DNA from: Terriglobales bacterium
Lineage (GTDB): Bacteria > Acidobacteriota > Terriglobia > Terriglobales > SCQP01
Direction: 5' to 3'
DNA length: 64,000 nt
Assembly: GCA_035531375.1 (NCBI GenBank)
Contig: DATKSZ010000017.1
Span: forward strand, 2,017 to 66,016
In this document: one piece after another, positions 11,001-19,094 of the stretch
How the letters are laid out: every line of letters starts with the position of its first letter
How positions within the stretch are numbered: position 1 is the stretch's first letter
Program-made: the position numbers and the translations under genes
Notes under the pieces: generated by a model
The model's database searches: none
Told to the model about the DNA's origin: nothing
The model's input: the letters and a program-made list of their open reading frames with translations, nothing else

Positions 11001-11122
11001 GCCCCGCTGGCGTCGGCCACGGTGCCGCTCAGGCTGCCGCGCATCTGTTGCGCGTCGGCGGGCAGGCTCGCCCCCAGCGCCAATCCCGCCGCCAGCGCGG
11101 CCATCGCAAAGAAAGGTTTCAT
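8066..11122 (-). CDS. TonB-dependent receptor with N-terminal carboxypeptidase-regulatory-like domain
   Basis: 1018 aa. Signal peptide MKPFFAMAALAAGLALGASLPADAQQ, then a CarboxypepD_reg-like block GSLSGTVADASGARVPGAKVV...SYELTVTAPGF. Beta-barrel with terminal ...QVGFRLTF. Confidence 0.85.
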   Translation of the reverse strand: MKPFFAMAALAAGLALGASLPADAQQMRGSLSGTVADASGARVPGAKVVAHEPGTTLSRQATADVHGDFRMLALLPGSYELTVTAPGFAAAHAAVRVVVGSPQAVEVRLTPASGQQSVTVRGEASSITTQPLDTTSAVEQGVVTAHDLATIPLAARSFANIAYLTPGTEPVEPSDPTKARITAVSFGGSSGLNVTQSVDGGNNSDDYIGGFLQNFSPDAIQEFVVRTAGEAADTGGTTAGSVVVTTKRGTDQWHGLAGIYARGSALNARFPIDNPAPDPKQPFSRQNYVGTLGGPIKSGKLWTFNSLEYVNEAASIAYSPASLQQFQALAGLAGQGLLPGVNSIATSNSTPVPFHDLMASTRLDWSQSARSQWFVRLSSDSYLTRNDLVQQATLGSTGATSHSNYLNGVLSQQYIFNPNWLGSFVFDASYLHHTEERNTNLGYALAFPFSATASTISGFETFGDNQFVTPITAFPVMRNQEKYELRYTVSHTAGSHAPEFGVDFIHEPVLSGALPGTAENLTLFALNPTAYAGNPAQFTADLNCAANATPGTSCTNTPAGDGSFSQNVQRLGVFMDDSWHATDRLVVNYGLRYDTTFGLFTASGRSQAGNPALLTLAALQVPFFRGVPHDYRKNFAPRLGLVYALGKNRDTVLRAGGALLYNDLAQNGWVSALQAVNAPPVACAAPGDPGCLPGGDLGGVGALIDPNYKTPYALQATAGVQHAFTPNWTLAADFTHEEGNHAYRRYEYTAGYTLFSPLAAQDVADQRALVPDVSVFRTDNRSRYDALAVHLQGNINRRLNLVANYTFASASTWGCVVGELFDYVNGVCNPLNAFAPGDYGPSGEDVRHRLVVAGTYYAPGGLELSLLAQAESARPFTLTTPASVNGVGDPTNDRAVVNGVQTSLDQFRGSPYSQVDLRVSRPFVHEHVTGTPFVEFFNLFNRNNPGNNYVADLSALPVPVNDLTNATAFCLNASCSQTQAITSLNQLRVPAGALGDFFGPGTTVGIPFAAQVGFRLTF

Positions 11123-11384
11123 GCCGAAACCATAGCCTTGTGCCGCGGTCTACTACCATAGGCGTAATTGGCCCGGCGCCGCCACCCCGCCCCGGCCGGG
11201 CTTGCCTGCGCTATCATATCGGGGCAGGAGCGCCTGCGGGCCGGGGACAGGAGACTTTGCCTGTAACCGCCGTCCGCCGGCCAGCGTATAACCATCGGCG
11301 CGGTGTCGCGAGGCGCCCCCGCCGCGGCTGGGGCTGGCCGCAACAGCGCACGCTGTGATAGGGTTGCATTCGGAGATCTCCTCT

Positions 11385-14300
11385 ATGCTGGCTGCTCGCT
11401 TTCGCGGTTCTGTCGGGCTCGTCCTGGCGTTGTTGGCAACCGGTGGCATGCTGCGGGCGCAGCGCGGCGGCCGTGGCGGCCGCGGCGCCGCCGCCGCCCC
11501 CATGCAGTTCCGCGCCCTGGGCCCGGTCGAGGGCGGCGGCCGCGTCTGCTGCGTGGTCGGCATCCCCGGCCAGCCCAACATCTATTACATCGGCGCCGCC
11601 GGCGGCGGCGTCTGGAAGACCACCAACGGCGGCTTTAGCTGGACCCCCATCTTCCAGCACCAGTCCACCGAATCCATCGGCGCCCTCGCCCTGGCCCCCT
11701 CCAACCCCAACCTGATCTGGGTGGGCACCGGCGAGGCCAACGTGCGCAACGATGTGATCGTCGGCCACGGCCTGTTCTTCTCCCCCGATGCCGGCGCCAC
11801 CTGGCGCGAGGTCGGCGCCGCCGAGTTCCACCAGGCCGGCCAGATCGCCAAGATCGTGATCAACCCGAGCAACGCCAACGAGGTCTGGGTGGCGGTGCTG
11901 GGCCACGCCTTCGGCCCCAATCCCGAGCGCGGTGTCTTCCACACCACCGACGGCGGCGCCACCTGGCAGAAGACCCTGTTCGTCAACGACACCACCGGTG
12001 CCATTGACCTCGCCATGCAGCCCGGCAATCCCCGCGTGCTGGTGGCCGCCCTGTGGCAGACCATGCGCCATCCCTGGGGCCTGGAAGATGGCGGCCCCGG
12101 CAGCGGCCTCTACAAGTCCGTGGACGCCGGCCTGACCTGGCACAAGCTCACCCGCGGCCTGCCCGCCGGCCCTTACGGCCGCATCGCGGTCGAGTTCGCC
12201 CCCAGCGCCCCCGAGCGCCTCTACGCCGAGATCCAGGCCAAGCACGGCGTCTTCTGGCGTTCCGACGACGCCGGCGACTCCTGGAGCATGGTCAGCAACA
12301 ACTACCAAATCAACTCCCGCCCCTTCTATTTCAGCCGCTTCGAGGTTGTGCCCAACGACCCCGACAAGATCTTCTTCCTCTCGGTGCGCATGTCCTACTC
12401 CGCCGATGGCGGCAAGACCTCTGCGCCCGCCGGCATCACCCTGCACGCCGACCATCACTCCCTGTGGATGGACCCCACCAACCCCAGCCGCATCGTCGAG
12501 GGCGACGACGGCGGCGTCAACTTCTCCCGCGACGGCGGCCTGCACTGGATCCACACCGCCAACCTGGCGCTGGAAGAGGGCTACTCCATCCATATTGACA
12601 ACGACACCCCCTACCATATCTGCGAAGGCCTGCAGGACAATGGCGGCTGGTGCGGCCCCTCCCAGGCCGCCGCCCGCCCCAACGACTGGCGCATGGTGGT
12701 GGGCGGGGACGGCGAATACGTCGTGCCCGCCCCCAGCGACGCCAACATCCTCTATGCCGACTCGCAAGAGGGCGATATCCAGCGCACCAACTTCGCCACC
12801 GGCACCCAGGTCAACGTCAAGCCCCTCAACACCGGCACTTCGGGCGAGAGCGCGTTCGTCTACAACATGCCCGCCCGCTTCAACTGGACCACCCCCATCG
12901 AAGTGGACGCCCATGATCCCAACACCCTTTACCTGGGCGCCAACAAGCTGTTCAAGAGCACCAACGGCGGCCACGACTGGACCGCCATCAGCCCCGACCT
13001 CACCCGCAACGACAAGAGCAAGCAGCAGCCCTCGGGCGGCGTGGTGGATCTCGATATGACCGGCGCCGAGACCGCCGACACCATCCTCTCGGTCGGCCTC
13101 TCCCGCCTCGACCCCAACACCATCTGGGTCGGCACCGACGACGGCTACGTCCAAGTCACCCACGACGGCGGCAAGAGCTGGACCAACGTCAGCGACAACA
13201 TTCCCAACTTGCCGCCCTGGGGACGGCTGCAGCAGGTCGGGGTCTCGCCCTTCGACCCCAACACCTGCTACATCGCCTACGACCTGCACGAGATGGACAA
13301 CAACCAGCTCTTCGTCTTCAAGACCCACGACGGCGGCAAGAGCTGGACCTCGATCGCCGCCGGGCTGCCGCCCGACTACTCCGCCCGCGTGGTGCGCGAA
13401 GACCCCAACCGCAAGGGCTTCCTGGTGCTGGGCACCGACTACGGCGTCTACCGCTCGGCCGATGACGGCGCCACCTGGACGCCGATCCACAATGGCTTTC
13501 CCGTGGCCGCCATCTACGACCTCAAGTTCGTCAAGGCCAGCCACGACCTGATTGTCGGCACCCACGGCCGCGGCATCTACGTGATGAACGACATCACCCC
13601 CTGGGAGCAGTTGGCCCAGCCGGCGGTGGCGTCGGCGCCCTTCACCCTGTTCCCCATCCTCGACGCCTACCGCTACCAGCGCGGCGGGGGCGGGGGCGGC
13701 GGCCTCAACCAGGATCCGTTCGCGGTGCGCGTGGCCCAGCCGCCGCAGGGCGCGGTGATCCAGTACAATCTGCAGGCCGCAGTCCGCTCCACCCGCCCCG
13801 AGAAACCCGCGCCGGCGCTGACGCCGGAGGAGCAGCAGATGGCGGCCATGGCCGCGCAGTTCGGCTTCACCCTGCCCAGCGCCAGCCGCGGCCCCATCAA
13901 CATTGACGTCACCGACGCCCAGGGCCGCCACATCGCCACCGTGCACGGCAGCGGCCGCGCCGGCCTCAACCAGGCGGTGTGGGACGGCAACTACGATCCC
14001 TCGCCGGTGAAGGCCCCCGCCGGCGGCGGCCGCGGCGGCTTCTTCGCCCGCTTCGGCGGCGGCGGCCTGCGCGCCCTGCCCGGCCGCTACAAGGTCACCG
14101 TCAACGTCCCCGGCCTGCCCGCCCAAAGCCAGTGGGTCAGCCTTCACGACGATCCCCGGGTCAAGACCGACACGGCCGCCCTGCAAGCCACCCTCAAGGA
14201 TGGCCAGGCCATGCAGCCCGATGTGGATGCCATGAACCGCACCCTCAACGGCCTCAACAGCCTCGAGCAGCAGCTCACCGCGGTGCAGCACAGCCTGGCG

Positions 14301-14702
14301 ACGCTGCGCTCCGAGGGCGACTACGCCGCCCTGCTGCGCCAGGCCAACGCCCTGCGCCAGAAGGTGGTCACCCTGCAGCGGGTGTTCAACGACGCCCCCC
14401 GCCATGAGGACTACGGCGGCATCACCGCCTTCGCCGCCGAGTTCAACGGCATCTTCCGCCGCGTCAGCGGCGGCGTCAACGAGATGCCCCACGCCCAGGA
14501 CCTGCGCGATTGGGCCCAGGACCGGGCCAAGCTGCAGGGCTATCTCGCCCGCTACGACACCCTGCTCAAGACCGACGTCGTAGCCTACAACAAGCAAGCG
14601 CTGGCGCAAAAGGGCGTCACCCTGGTCGCCGGCGCGGCGGTGTCGCTGCCGGCCGCCCCGGCCGTGCTCGCCGCCGCGGCCGCGCCCGGCGCCAACCGCT
14701 AA
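11385..14702 (+). CDS. Sortilin/VPS10-like BNR (Asp-box) repeat protein, glycosyl-hydrolase-like, paralog 1
   Basis: Signal peptide MLAARFRGSVGLVLALLATGGMLRAQ. Many Asp-boxes are present (SPDAGATW, TTDGGATW, SVDAGLTW, SRDGGLHW, STNGGHDW, THDGGKSW x2, SADDGATW), followed by a helical C-terminal extension. The ORF track begins at 11355. The ATG at 11385 follows GGAGA. Confidence 0.8.
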   Translation: MLAARFRGSVGLVLALLATGGMLRAQRGGRGGRGAAAAPMQFRALGPVEGGGRVCCVVGIPGQPNIYYIGAAGGGVWKTTNGGFSWTPIFQHQSTESIGALALAPSNPNLIWVGTGEANVRNDVIVGHGLFFSPDAGATWREVGAAEFHQAGQIAKIVINPSNANEVWVAVLGHAFGPNPERGVFHTTDGGATWQKTLFVNDTTGAIDLAMQPGNPRVLVAALWQTMRHPWGLEDGGPGSGLYKSVDAGLTWHKLTRGLPAGPYGRIAVEFAPSAPERLYAEIQAKHGVFWRSDDAGDSWSMVSNNYQINSRPFYFSRFEVVPNDPDKIFFLSVRMSYSADGGKTSAPAGITLHADHHSLWMDPTNPSRIVEGDDGGVNFSRDGGLHWIHTANLALEEGYSIHIDNDTPYHICEGLQDNGGWCGPSQAAARPNDWRMVVGGDGEYVVPAPSDANILYADSQEGDIQRTNFATGTQVNVKPLNTGTSGESAFVYNMPARFNWTTPIEVDAHDPNTLYLGANKLFKSTNGGHDWTAISPDLTRNDKSKQQPSGGVVDLDMTGAETADTILSVGLSRLDPNTIWVGTDDGYVQVTHDGGKSWTNVSDNIPNLPPWGRLQQVGVSPFDPNTCYIAYDLHEMDNNQLFVFKTHDGGKSWTSIAAGLPPDYSARVVREDPNRKGFLVLGTDYGVYRSADDGATWTPIHNGFPVAAIYDLKFVKASHDLIVGTHGRGIYVMNDITPWEQLAQPAVASAPFTLFPILDAYRYQRGGGGGGGLNQDPFAVRVAQPPQGAVIQYNLQAAVRSTRPEKPAPALTPEEQQMAAMAAQFGFTLPSASRGPINIDVTDAQGRHIATVHGSGRAGLNQAVWDGNYDPSPVKAPAGGGRGGFFARFGGGGLRALPGRYKVTVNVPGLPAQSQWVSLHDDPRVKTDTAALQATLKDGQAMQPDVDAMNRTLNGLNSLEQQLTAVQHSLATLRSEGDYAALLRQANALRQKVVTLQRVFNDAPRHEDYGGITAFAAEFNGIFRRVSGGVNEMPHAQDLRDWAQDRAKLQGYLARYDTLLKTDVVAYNKQALAQKGVTLVAGAAVSLPAAPAVLAAAAAPGANR

Positions 14703-14737
14703 CGCCCATTTCCTTCGCTACGGTAAAAGGAGACTTC

Positions 14738-17700
14738 ATGAGGATCGTCAAGTTTTCGCTGAGTTCATTGGCCGTGCTGCTGCTCGCGCTGGCCGCGAGT
14801 GTCGCGCCCGCGGTGGCCCAGGGCCGCGGCCGCGGCGGCGTCAACCCCAACGCCGCCCCGCTGCAGTTCCGCAACCTCGGCCCCGCCCAGGGCGGCGGCC
14901 GCGTCACCAGTGTGGTGGGCATACCCGGCAATCCCAATATCTATTACGCCGGCGCCGCTGCCGGCGGCGTGTGGAAAACCACGGATGCCGGCAACACCTG
15001 GCACCCCATCTTCCAAAAGGAGCCCGTCGCCTCCATCGGCGACATCGCCCTGGCGCCCTCCAACCCCAACCTGGTTTGGGTCGCCACCGGCGAGGCCAAC
15101 ATTCGCAACGACGTTATGGTGGGCCACGGCCTCTACTTCTCCCCCGACGCCGGCGCCACTTGGCAGGAGATCGCCCCGCAAATCTTCCACAACGCCGGCC
15201 AGATGTCGCGCGTGGTGATCAATCCCCAAGACCCCAACGAGGTCTGGGTGGCGGTGTTCGGCCACGCCTGGGGCCCCAACCCCGAGCGCGGCATCTTCCA
15301 CACCACCGACGGCGGCAAGACCTGGCAGAAGACCCTCTTCGTCAACGACCACACCGGCGCCATTGACCTGGCCATCAAGCCCGACAACCCCCGCATCCTG
15401 CTCGCCGGCATGTGGGACATGGTGCGCCACCCCTGGGGCATGGACAACGGCGGCCCCGGCTCCGGCCTCTACCGTTCCATTGACGGCGGCCAGACCTGGA
15501 CCAAGATCACCGCCGGCCTCGCCAAGGGCCCCTACGGCCGCATCGGCCTCGCCTTCGCCCCCAGCCAGCCCGACCTTGCCTACGCCATCGTGCAGTCCAA
15601 GACCGGACTCTTTTACCGCTCCGAGGACGCCGGCGTGCACTGGACCGCGGTCAGCGACAGCGATGCCCTCGACGCCCGCCCCTTCTACTTCAGCCGCTTC
15701 AACGTGGACCCAGACAACCCGGACAAGATCTTCTTCCTGGCGCTGGGCATCAACGTCTCCATGGACGGCGGCAAGACCGTAAGCCCCGCCGGCCGCGTCC
15801 ACTCCGACAACCACACCATGTGGATTGATCCCAAGAACCCCAACCGCATCATCGAGGGCAACGACGGCGGCGTGGTGCTCTCCTACGACGGCGGCAAGAG
15901 CTTCCGCTTCCTCGACACCATTCCCATCGAGGAGTTCTATATGGTCTCGGCCAGCAACGAGCCCGCCTACAACCTCTGCGGCGGCCTGCAGGACAACTCC
16001 GTCTGGTGCGGCCCCTCCTCGCCCAACAGCTCCATGAACTGGAGCGCGGTGGTGGGCGGCGACGGCGAGTACGGCGTCTTCGCCCCCAGCGATCCCCACG
16101 TCATCTACGGCGAGTCGCAGAACGCCTATGCCGAGCGCCTCGACACCCGCACCGGCATCTCCCGCGATGTCATGCCCTATGCCCTGGGCGTCTCCGACCT
16201 GGTGCCCAGCGCGCTCAAGTACCGCTTCAACTGGACCACCCCCATGGAGGTCGGCGCCGACAGCGCCAACGACGTCTACATCGGCGGCAACGTCCTGCTG
16301 CACTCCACCGATGGCGGCTTCCGTTGGACCCCGATCAGCCCCGATCTCACCCGCAACGACAAGTCCAAGCAGGTCAATAGCGGCGGCGTGATCGTCAACG
16401 ACATCACCGGCGCCGAGACCTACGACACCATCCTCTCCATCGCCCTCTCGCGCCTCGATCCCAAGACCATCTGGGTCGGCACCGACGACGGCCTGGTGCA
16501 GGTCACCCGCGACGGCGGCAAAACCTGGTCCCGCGTCAGCGACAACATCCCCGGCCTGCCCGCCTGGGGCCGGGTGCAGCAGATCGAGGTCTCGCCCTTC
16601 GATCCCGCCACCGCCTACGTCGCCTTCGACTTCCACGAGACCGACAACAACCAGCCCTACGTCTACAAGACCAGCGACGGCGGCAAGACCTGGACCTCGA
16701 TCGCGGCCGGCCTGCCCGCCGACGCCTCCGCCCGCGTGGTGCGCGAGGACCCCAACCACAAGGGCTTCCTGGTGTGCGGCACCGACACCGGCCTGTTCAC
16801 CTCCTCCGACGACGGCGCCACCTGGCAGCCGCTCAAGCGCGGCTTCCCCACCGTGCCCGTCTTTGACGTCCAGTTCGTCAAGGCCAGCCACGACCTGCTG
16901 GTCGCCACCCACGGCCGCGGCCTGTTTGCGCTCAACAACATCGTGCCCCTGGAGCAGACCAACGCCCAAGTGGTCAGCGCTCCCCTCACCGTCTTCCCCG
17001 TGCTCACCGACTACGAGCTGCGCGGCGGCAAGCTGGGCGGCCGGGGCTTCTTCGGCTTCGGCGGACCCGCCGGCGCCTCCATCTACTACCATCTCCAGAC
17101 CGCCCTCAAGGGCGGGCGCGGTCCCGGCGGTGGTCCGGTCAAGATCGCCATCACCGACGCCCAGGGGCATCTGGTCACCACCCTGCACGGCACCGGCCGC
17201 GCCGGCCTCAACCAGGTCGTCTGGCGCGGCAACTACGACGGCCCCGTCACCCCCAACCTCGGTCCGGCCGCCCGCCGCGGCGGCGGCTTCGGCTTCTTCC
17301 GCCCCCAGGCCGCGCCCGGCCAAGCGGCCCCCGATGCCGGCCCCCGCGCCCTCTACGGTGTCTACAAGGCCACCGTCACCATCCCCGGGCAGCCGCCGCA
17401 GTCCCAAATGGTCCGCCTGGCGCCCGATCCGCGTTGGGCCCGTGCCGCCGACGCCAATGCCAACGATGCCGCCACCCTCAAGGCCGCCCTGCAGGCGCGC
17501 GATGAGGTCTCGGCCATGAACCAGATGCTCACCCGCCTCAACAACCTCAAAACCCAGCTCCAGGCCGAGCAGGCCAGCCTGCGCACCCTGCAGTCGAGCG
17601 GCGGCGACTATGCCGACGTCGAGAAGCAGGCCGGCGCCTTGCTGAAGAAGGTCTCCACCCTGGAGTTCGGCATCTACAACCCCGACCAGGGCAAGGGCGA

Positions 17701-17995
17701 GGCCACCGTCTACCTGACCGACTTCCAGCAGCATTTCCAACAGGTCTACGGAAATCTCACCGAGGGCTACGACACCGCCCCCCGCCCCAGCGACCTCGCC
17801 CTCTGGGCGCAGGAGCGCGCCGAGCTCCAGGGCTACCTGGATCGCTACAACGATCTGGAGAAGACCGATGTCGTCGCCTTCAACAAGCTCGCCGCCAAGC
17901 ACAACGCCATCACCCTGGCGGTCAGCGAGCCCGTTTCCCTGCCGGCGGCCAGTGCCGCCGAGGCCGCCGCTCCCGGCGCCCGCCGCCAACATTAA
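14738..17995 (+). CDS. Sortilin/VPS10-like BNR (Asp-box) repeat protein, paralog 2 (tandem to paralog 1)
   Basis: ATG 14738 follows AAAGGAG. MRIVKFSLSSLAVLLLALAASVAPAVAQ, then a sequence colinear with paralog 1 (GGVWKTTDAGNTW, SPDAGATW, TTDGGKTW, SIDGGQTW...). The upstream part of ORF 14510.. overlaps the end of paralog 1. Confidence 0.8.
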   Translation: MRIVKFSLSSLAVLLLALAASVAPAVAQGRGRGGVNPNAAPLQFRNLGPAQGGGRVTSVVGIPGNPNIYYAGAAAGGVWKTTDAGNTWHPIFQKEPVASIGDIALAPSNPNLVWVATGEANIRNDVMVGHGLYFSPDAGATWQEIAPQIFHNAGQMSRVVINPQDPNEVWVAVFGHAWGPNPERGIFHTTDGGKTWQKTLFVNDHTGAIDLAIKPDNPRILLAGMWDMVRHPWGMDNGGPGSGLYRSIDGGQTWTKITAGLAKGPYGRIGLAFAPSQPDLAYAIVQSKTGLFYRSEDAGVHWTAVSDSDALDARPFYFSRFNVDPDNPDKIFFLALGINVSMDGGKTVSPAGRVHSDNHTMWIDPKNPNRIIEGNDGGVVLSYDGGKSFRFLDTIPIEEFYMVSASNEPAYNLCGGLQDNSVWCGPSSPNSSMNWSAVVGGDGEYGVFAPSDPHVIYGESQNAYAERLDTRTGISRDVMPYALGVSDLVPSALKYRFNWTTPMEVGADSANDVYIGGNVLLHSTDGGFRWTPISPDLTRNDKSKQVNSGGVIVNDITGAETYDTILSIALSRLDPKTIWVGTDDGLVQVTRDGGKTWSRVSDNIPGLPAWGRVQQIEVSPFDPATAYVAFDFHETDNNQPYVYKTSDGGKTWTSIAAGLPADASARVVREDPNHKGFLVCGTDTGLFTSSDDGATWQPLKRGFPTVPVFDVQFVKASHDLLVATHGRGLFALNNIVPLEQTNAQVVSAPLTVFPVLTDYELRGGKLGGRGFFGFGGPAGASIYYHLQTALKGGRGPGGGPVKIAITDAQGHLVTTLHGTGRAGLNQVVWRGNYDGPVTPNLGPAARRGGGFGFFRPQAAPGQAAPDAGPRALYGVYKATVTIPGQPPQSQMVRLAPDPRWARAADANANDAATLKAALQARDEVSAMNQMLTRLNNLKTQLQAEQASLRTLQSSGGDYADVEKQAGALLKKVSTLEFGIYNPDQGKGEATVYLTDFQQHFQQVYGNLTEGYDTAPRPSDLALWAQERAELQGYLDRYNDLEKTDVVAFNKLAAKHNAITLAVSEPVSLPAASAAEAAAPGARRQH

Positions 17996-18019
17996 TAAGC
18001 GTTGATCTTTTTTTCATCC

Positions 18020-18052
18020 GGGGCGGACCTTCGCGTCCGCCCCACTTTTTTT
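18020..18052 (+). terminator. Rho-independent terminator
   Basis: GGGGCGGAC-loop-GTCCGCCCC followed by ACTTTTTTT, 25 nt after the TAA TAA stop at 17995. Confidence 0.8.
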
Positions 18053-18100
18053 CTGGCGCCCCGCCCGCGTGCGACAATATTCCATCCTGCCTGTGCTTCC

Positions 18101-18748
18101 ATGACCGCCATTGATCTATCGGGGGACCTGGGCTTGGTGGCCTTGGCGCTGCTGACCATCAACCTGCTGTTGGGGCTGCTGCTCTCGGTGCGCTACGATC
18201 CCCTGCGCCATTGGCCCCATCGGCTGGTGGACATCTTCCAACTTCACAACTGGACCGGCTACATCGCCCTCGCGGCGTGCGTGCTGCATCCGCTGCCGCT
18301 GCTGGACTCGGCCCGCCTGCCCTTCACCTGGCTGCAGATCGCCTGGCCCATCCACGCCCCCAGCCAGCCGCGCGACAACTGGATCGGCGCCATCGCCCTC
18401 TACTTGGTGGCCTTGGTGGTGGTGACCTCCTACTTCCGCGTGGCCCTCGGGCGCCGCTCCTGGAAGCTGGTGCACTACGGCGCCTATGTCGCCGCCCTGT
18501 TGTTCTTCCTGCACAGCCTGCTCCTCGATCCCGAGCTGCTGAACCGCCCGGTGGACTGGCTCGACGGCGAGAAGGTCTTTGTCGAAGTCTGCCTGCTGCT
18601 GGTCTTCGTCTCCTCCCTCGCCCGCTGGAAGTACGGCCAGCGCCATCCCCAGCGCCTGCGCGTCACCCCCGCCACCAGGTACGTGCCCGGCTTCAAGGGC
18701 GCCATCCAGCCGCAGCAGCCGCCGCCCGCCTCGCAAGAGCCCTCGTAA
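18101..18748 (+). CDS. Ferric-reductase-like / MsrQ-like transmembrane heme-binding protein
   Basis: About 6 TM helices with conserved intramembrane His (QLHNWTGY, CVLHPLP, LVHYGAY, FFLHSLL). ATG at 18101; the upstream part of ORF 18002.. covers the terminator. Confidence 0.5.
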   Translation: MTAIDLSGDLGLVALALLTINLLLGLLLSVRYDPLRHWPHRLVDIFQLHNWTGYIALAACVLHPLPLLDSARLPFTWLQIAWPIHAPSQPRDNWIGAIALYLVALVVVTSYFRVALGRRSWKLVHYGAYVAALLFFLHSLLLDPELLNRPVDWLDGEKVFVEVCLLLVFVSSLARWKYGQRHPQRLRVTPATRYVPGFKGAIQPQQPPPASQEPS

Positions 18749-18775
18749 ACCTCGCCCCCGCTGGCCTTTGTGTCC

Positions 18776-18839
18776 GCCACTTTCTGGCCACGGGGGCACA
18801 GCCAATCTTGGCTGTGCGAACCCAGCCCTTCTGGCCACT
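18776..18839 (+). repeat. R2 REP-like palindromic unit (singleton), abutting R1 copy A
   Basis: GCCACTTTCTGGCCACGGGGGCACAGCCAATCTTGGCTGTGCGAACCCAGCCCTTCTGGCCACT. The core hairpin CACAGCCAA-TC-TTGGCTGTG is the same unit as in the 45967..46433 array. Confidence 0.8.
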
Positions 18840-19056
18840 CGCGGGGGTCGCGCCGCTTTGCCTGCCGGCAAAATCGGCGCGAAAGGCTGCGAAATTCCGC
18901 AGGGGCAGACGCGCCAGTGGCGCGTCTGCGCCCCCGGGAAACGAATTCGGCGCGGCCCCAGCGAAGCGCAGCGCCGGCTTGGGGCCGCGGGGCCCCAAGC
19001 CGGCGTGAGCACAAGCGGGACGCGCGGCGCAGCCGCGCTGGGGCCCGCGCCCACCA
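18840..19056 (+). repeat. R1 multi-hairpin intergenic element, copy A (long-hairpin variant)
   Basis: Starts CGCGGGGGTCGCGCCGCTTTGCCTGCCGGCAAAATCGGCGCGAAAGGCTGCGAAATTCCGCAGG and ends GCGCTGGGGCCCGCGCCCACCA. Lies between convergent genes. Confidence 0.9.
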
Positions 19057-19094
19057 AGGGGGCGCAGCCCCCAATCCAGGCAGGCGCAAGCCTC

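Noticed and set aside
11214-14609. Very long antisense or off-frame ORFs: 11214..14609(-), 14765..17992(-), 21857..24040(-), 21868..24999(+), 28683..31142(+), 38473..40629(+), 49756..52134(-), 54093..57299(+), and many 100-500 aa ORFs rich in R/G/A/P.
   Set aside because: They overlap genes with clear family motifs on the other strand or frame. Their translations are low-complexity Arg/Gly/Ala/Pro strings typical of stop-poor shadow frames in high-GC DNA.
18840-19056. R1 as a tRNA-, tmRNA- or SINE-like element, because every copy ends in ...GCGCCCACCA and the ends can pair.
   Set aside because: There is no T-loop (GTTCRANYC) or D-loop consensus. The 3' tail after the closing stem is CCCACCA rather than a discriminator plus CCA, and the length and hairpin layout do not fit a cloverleaf.
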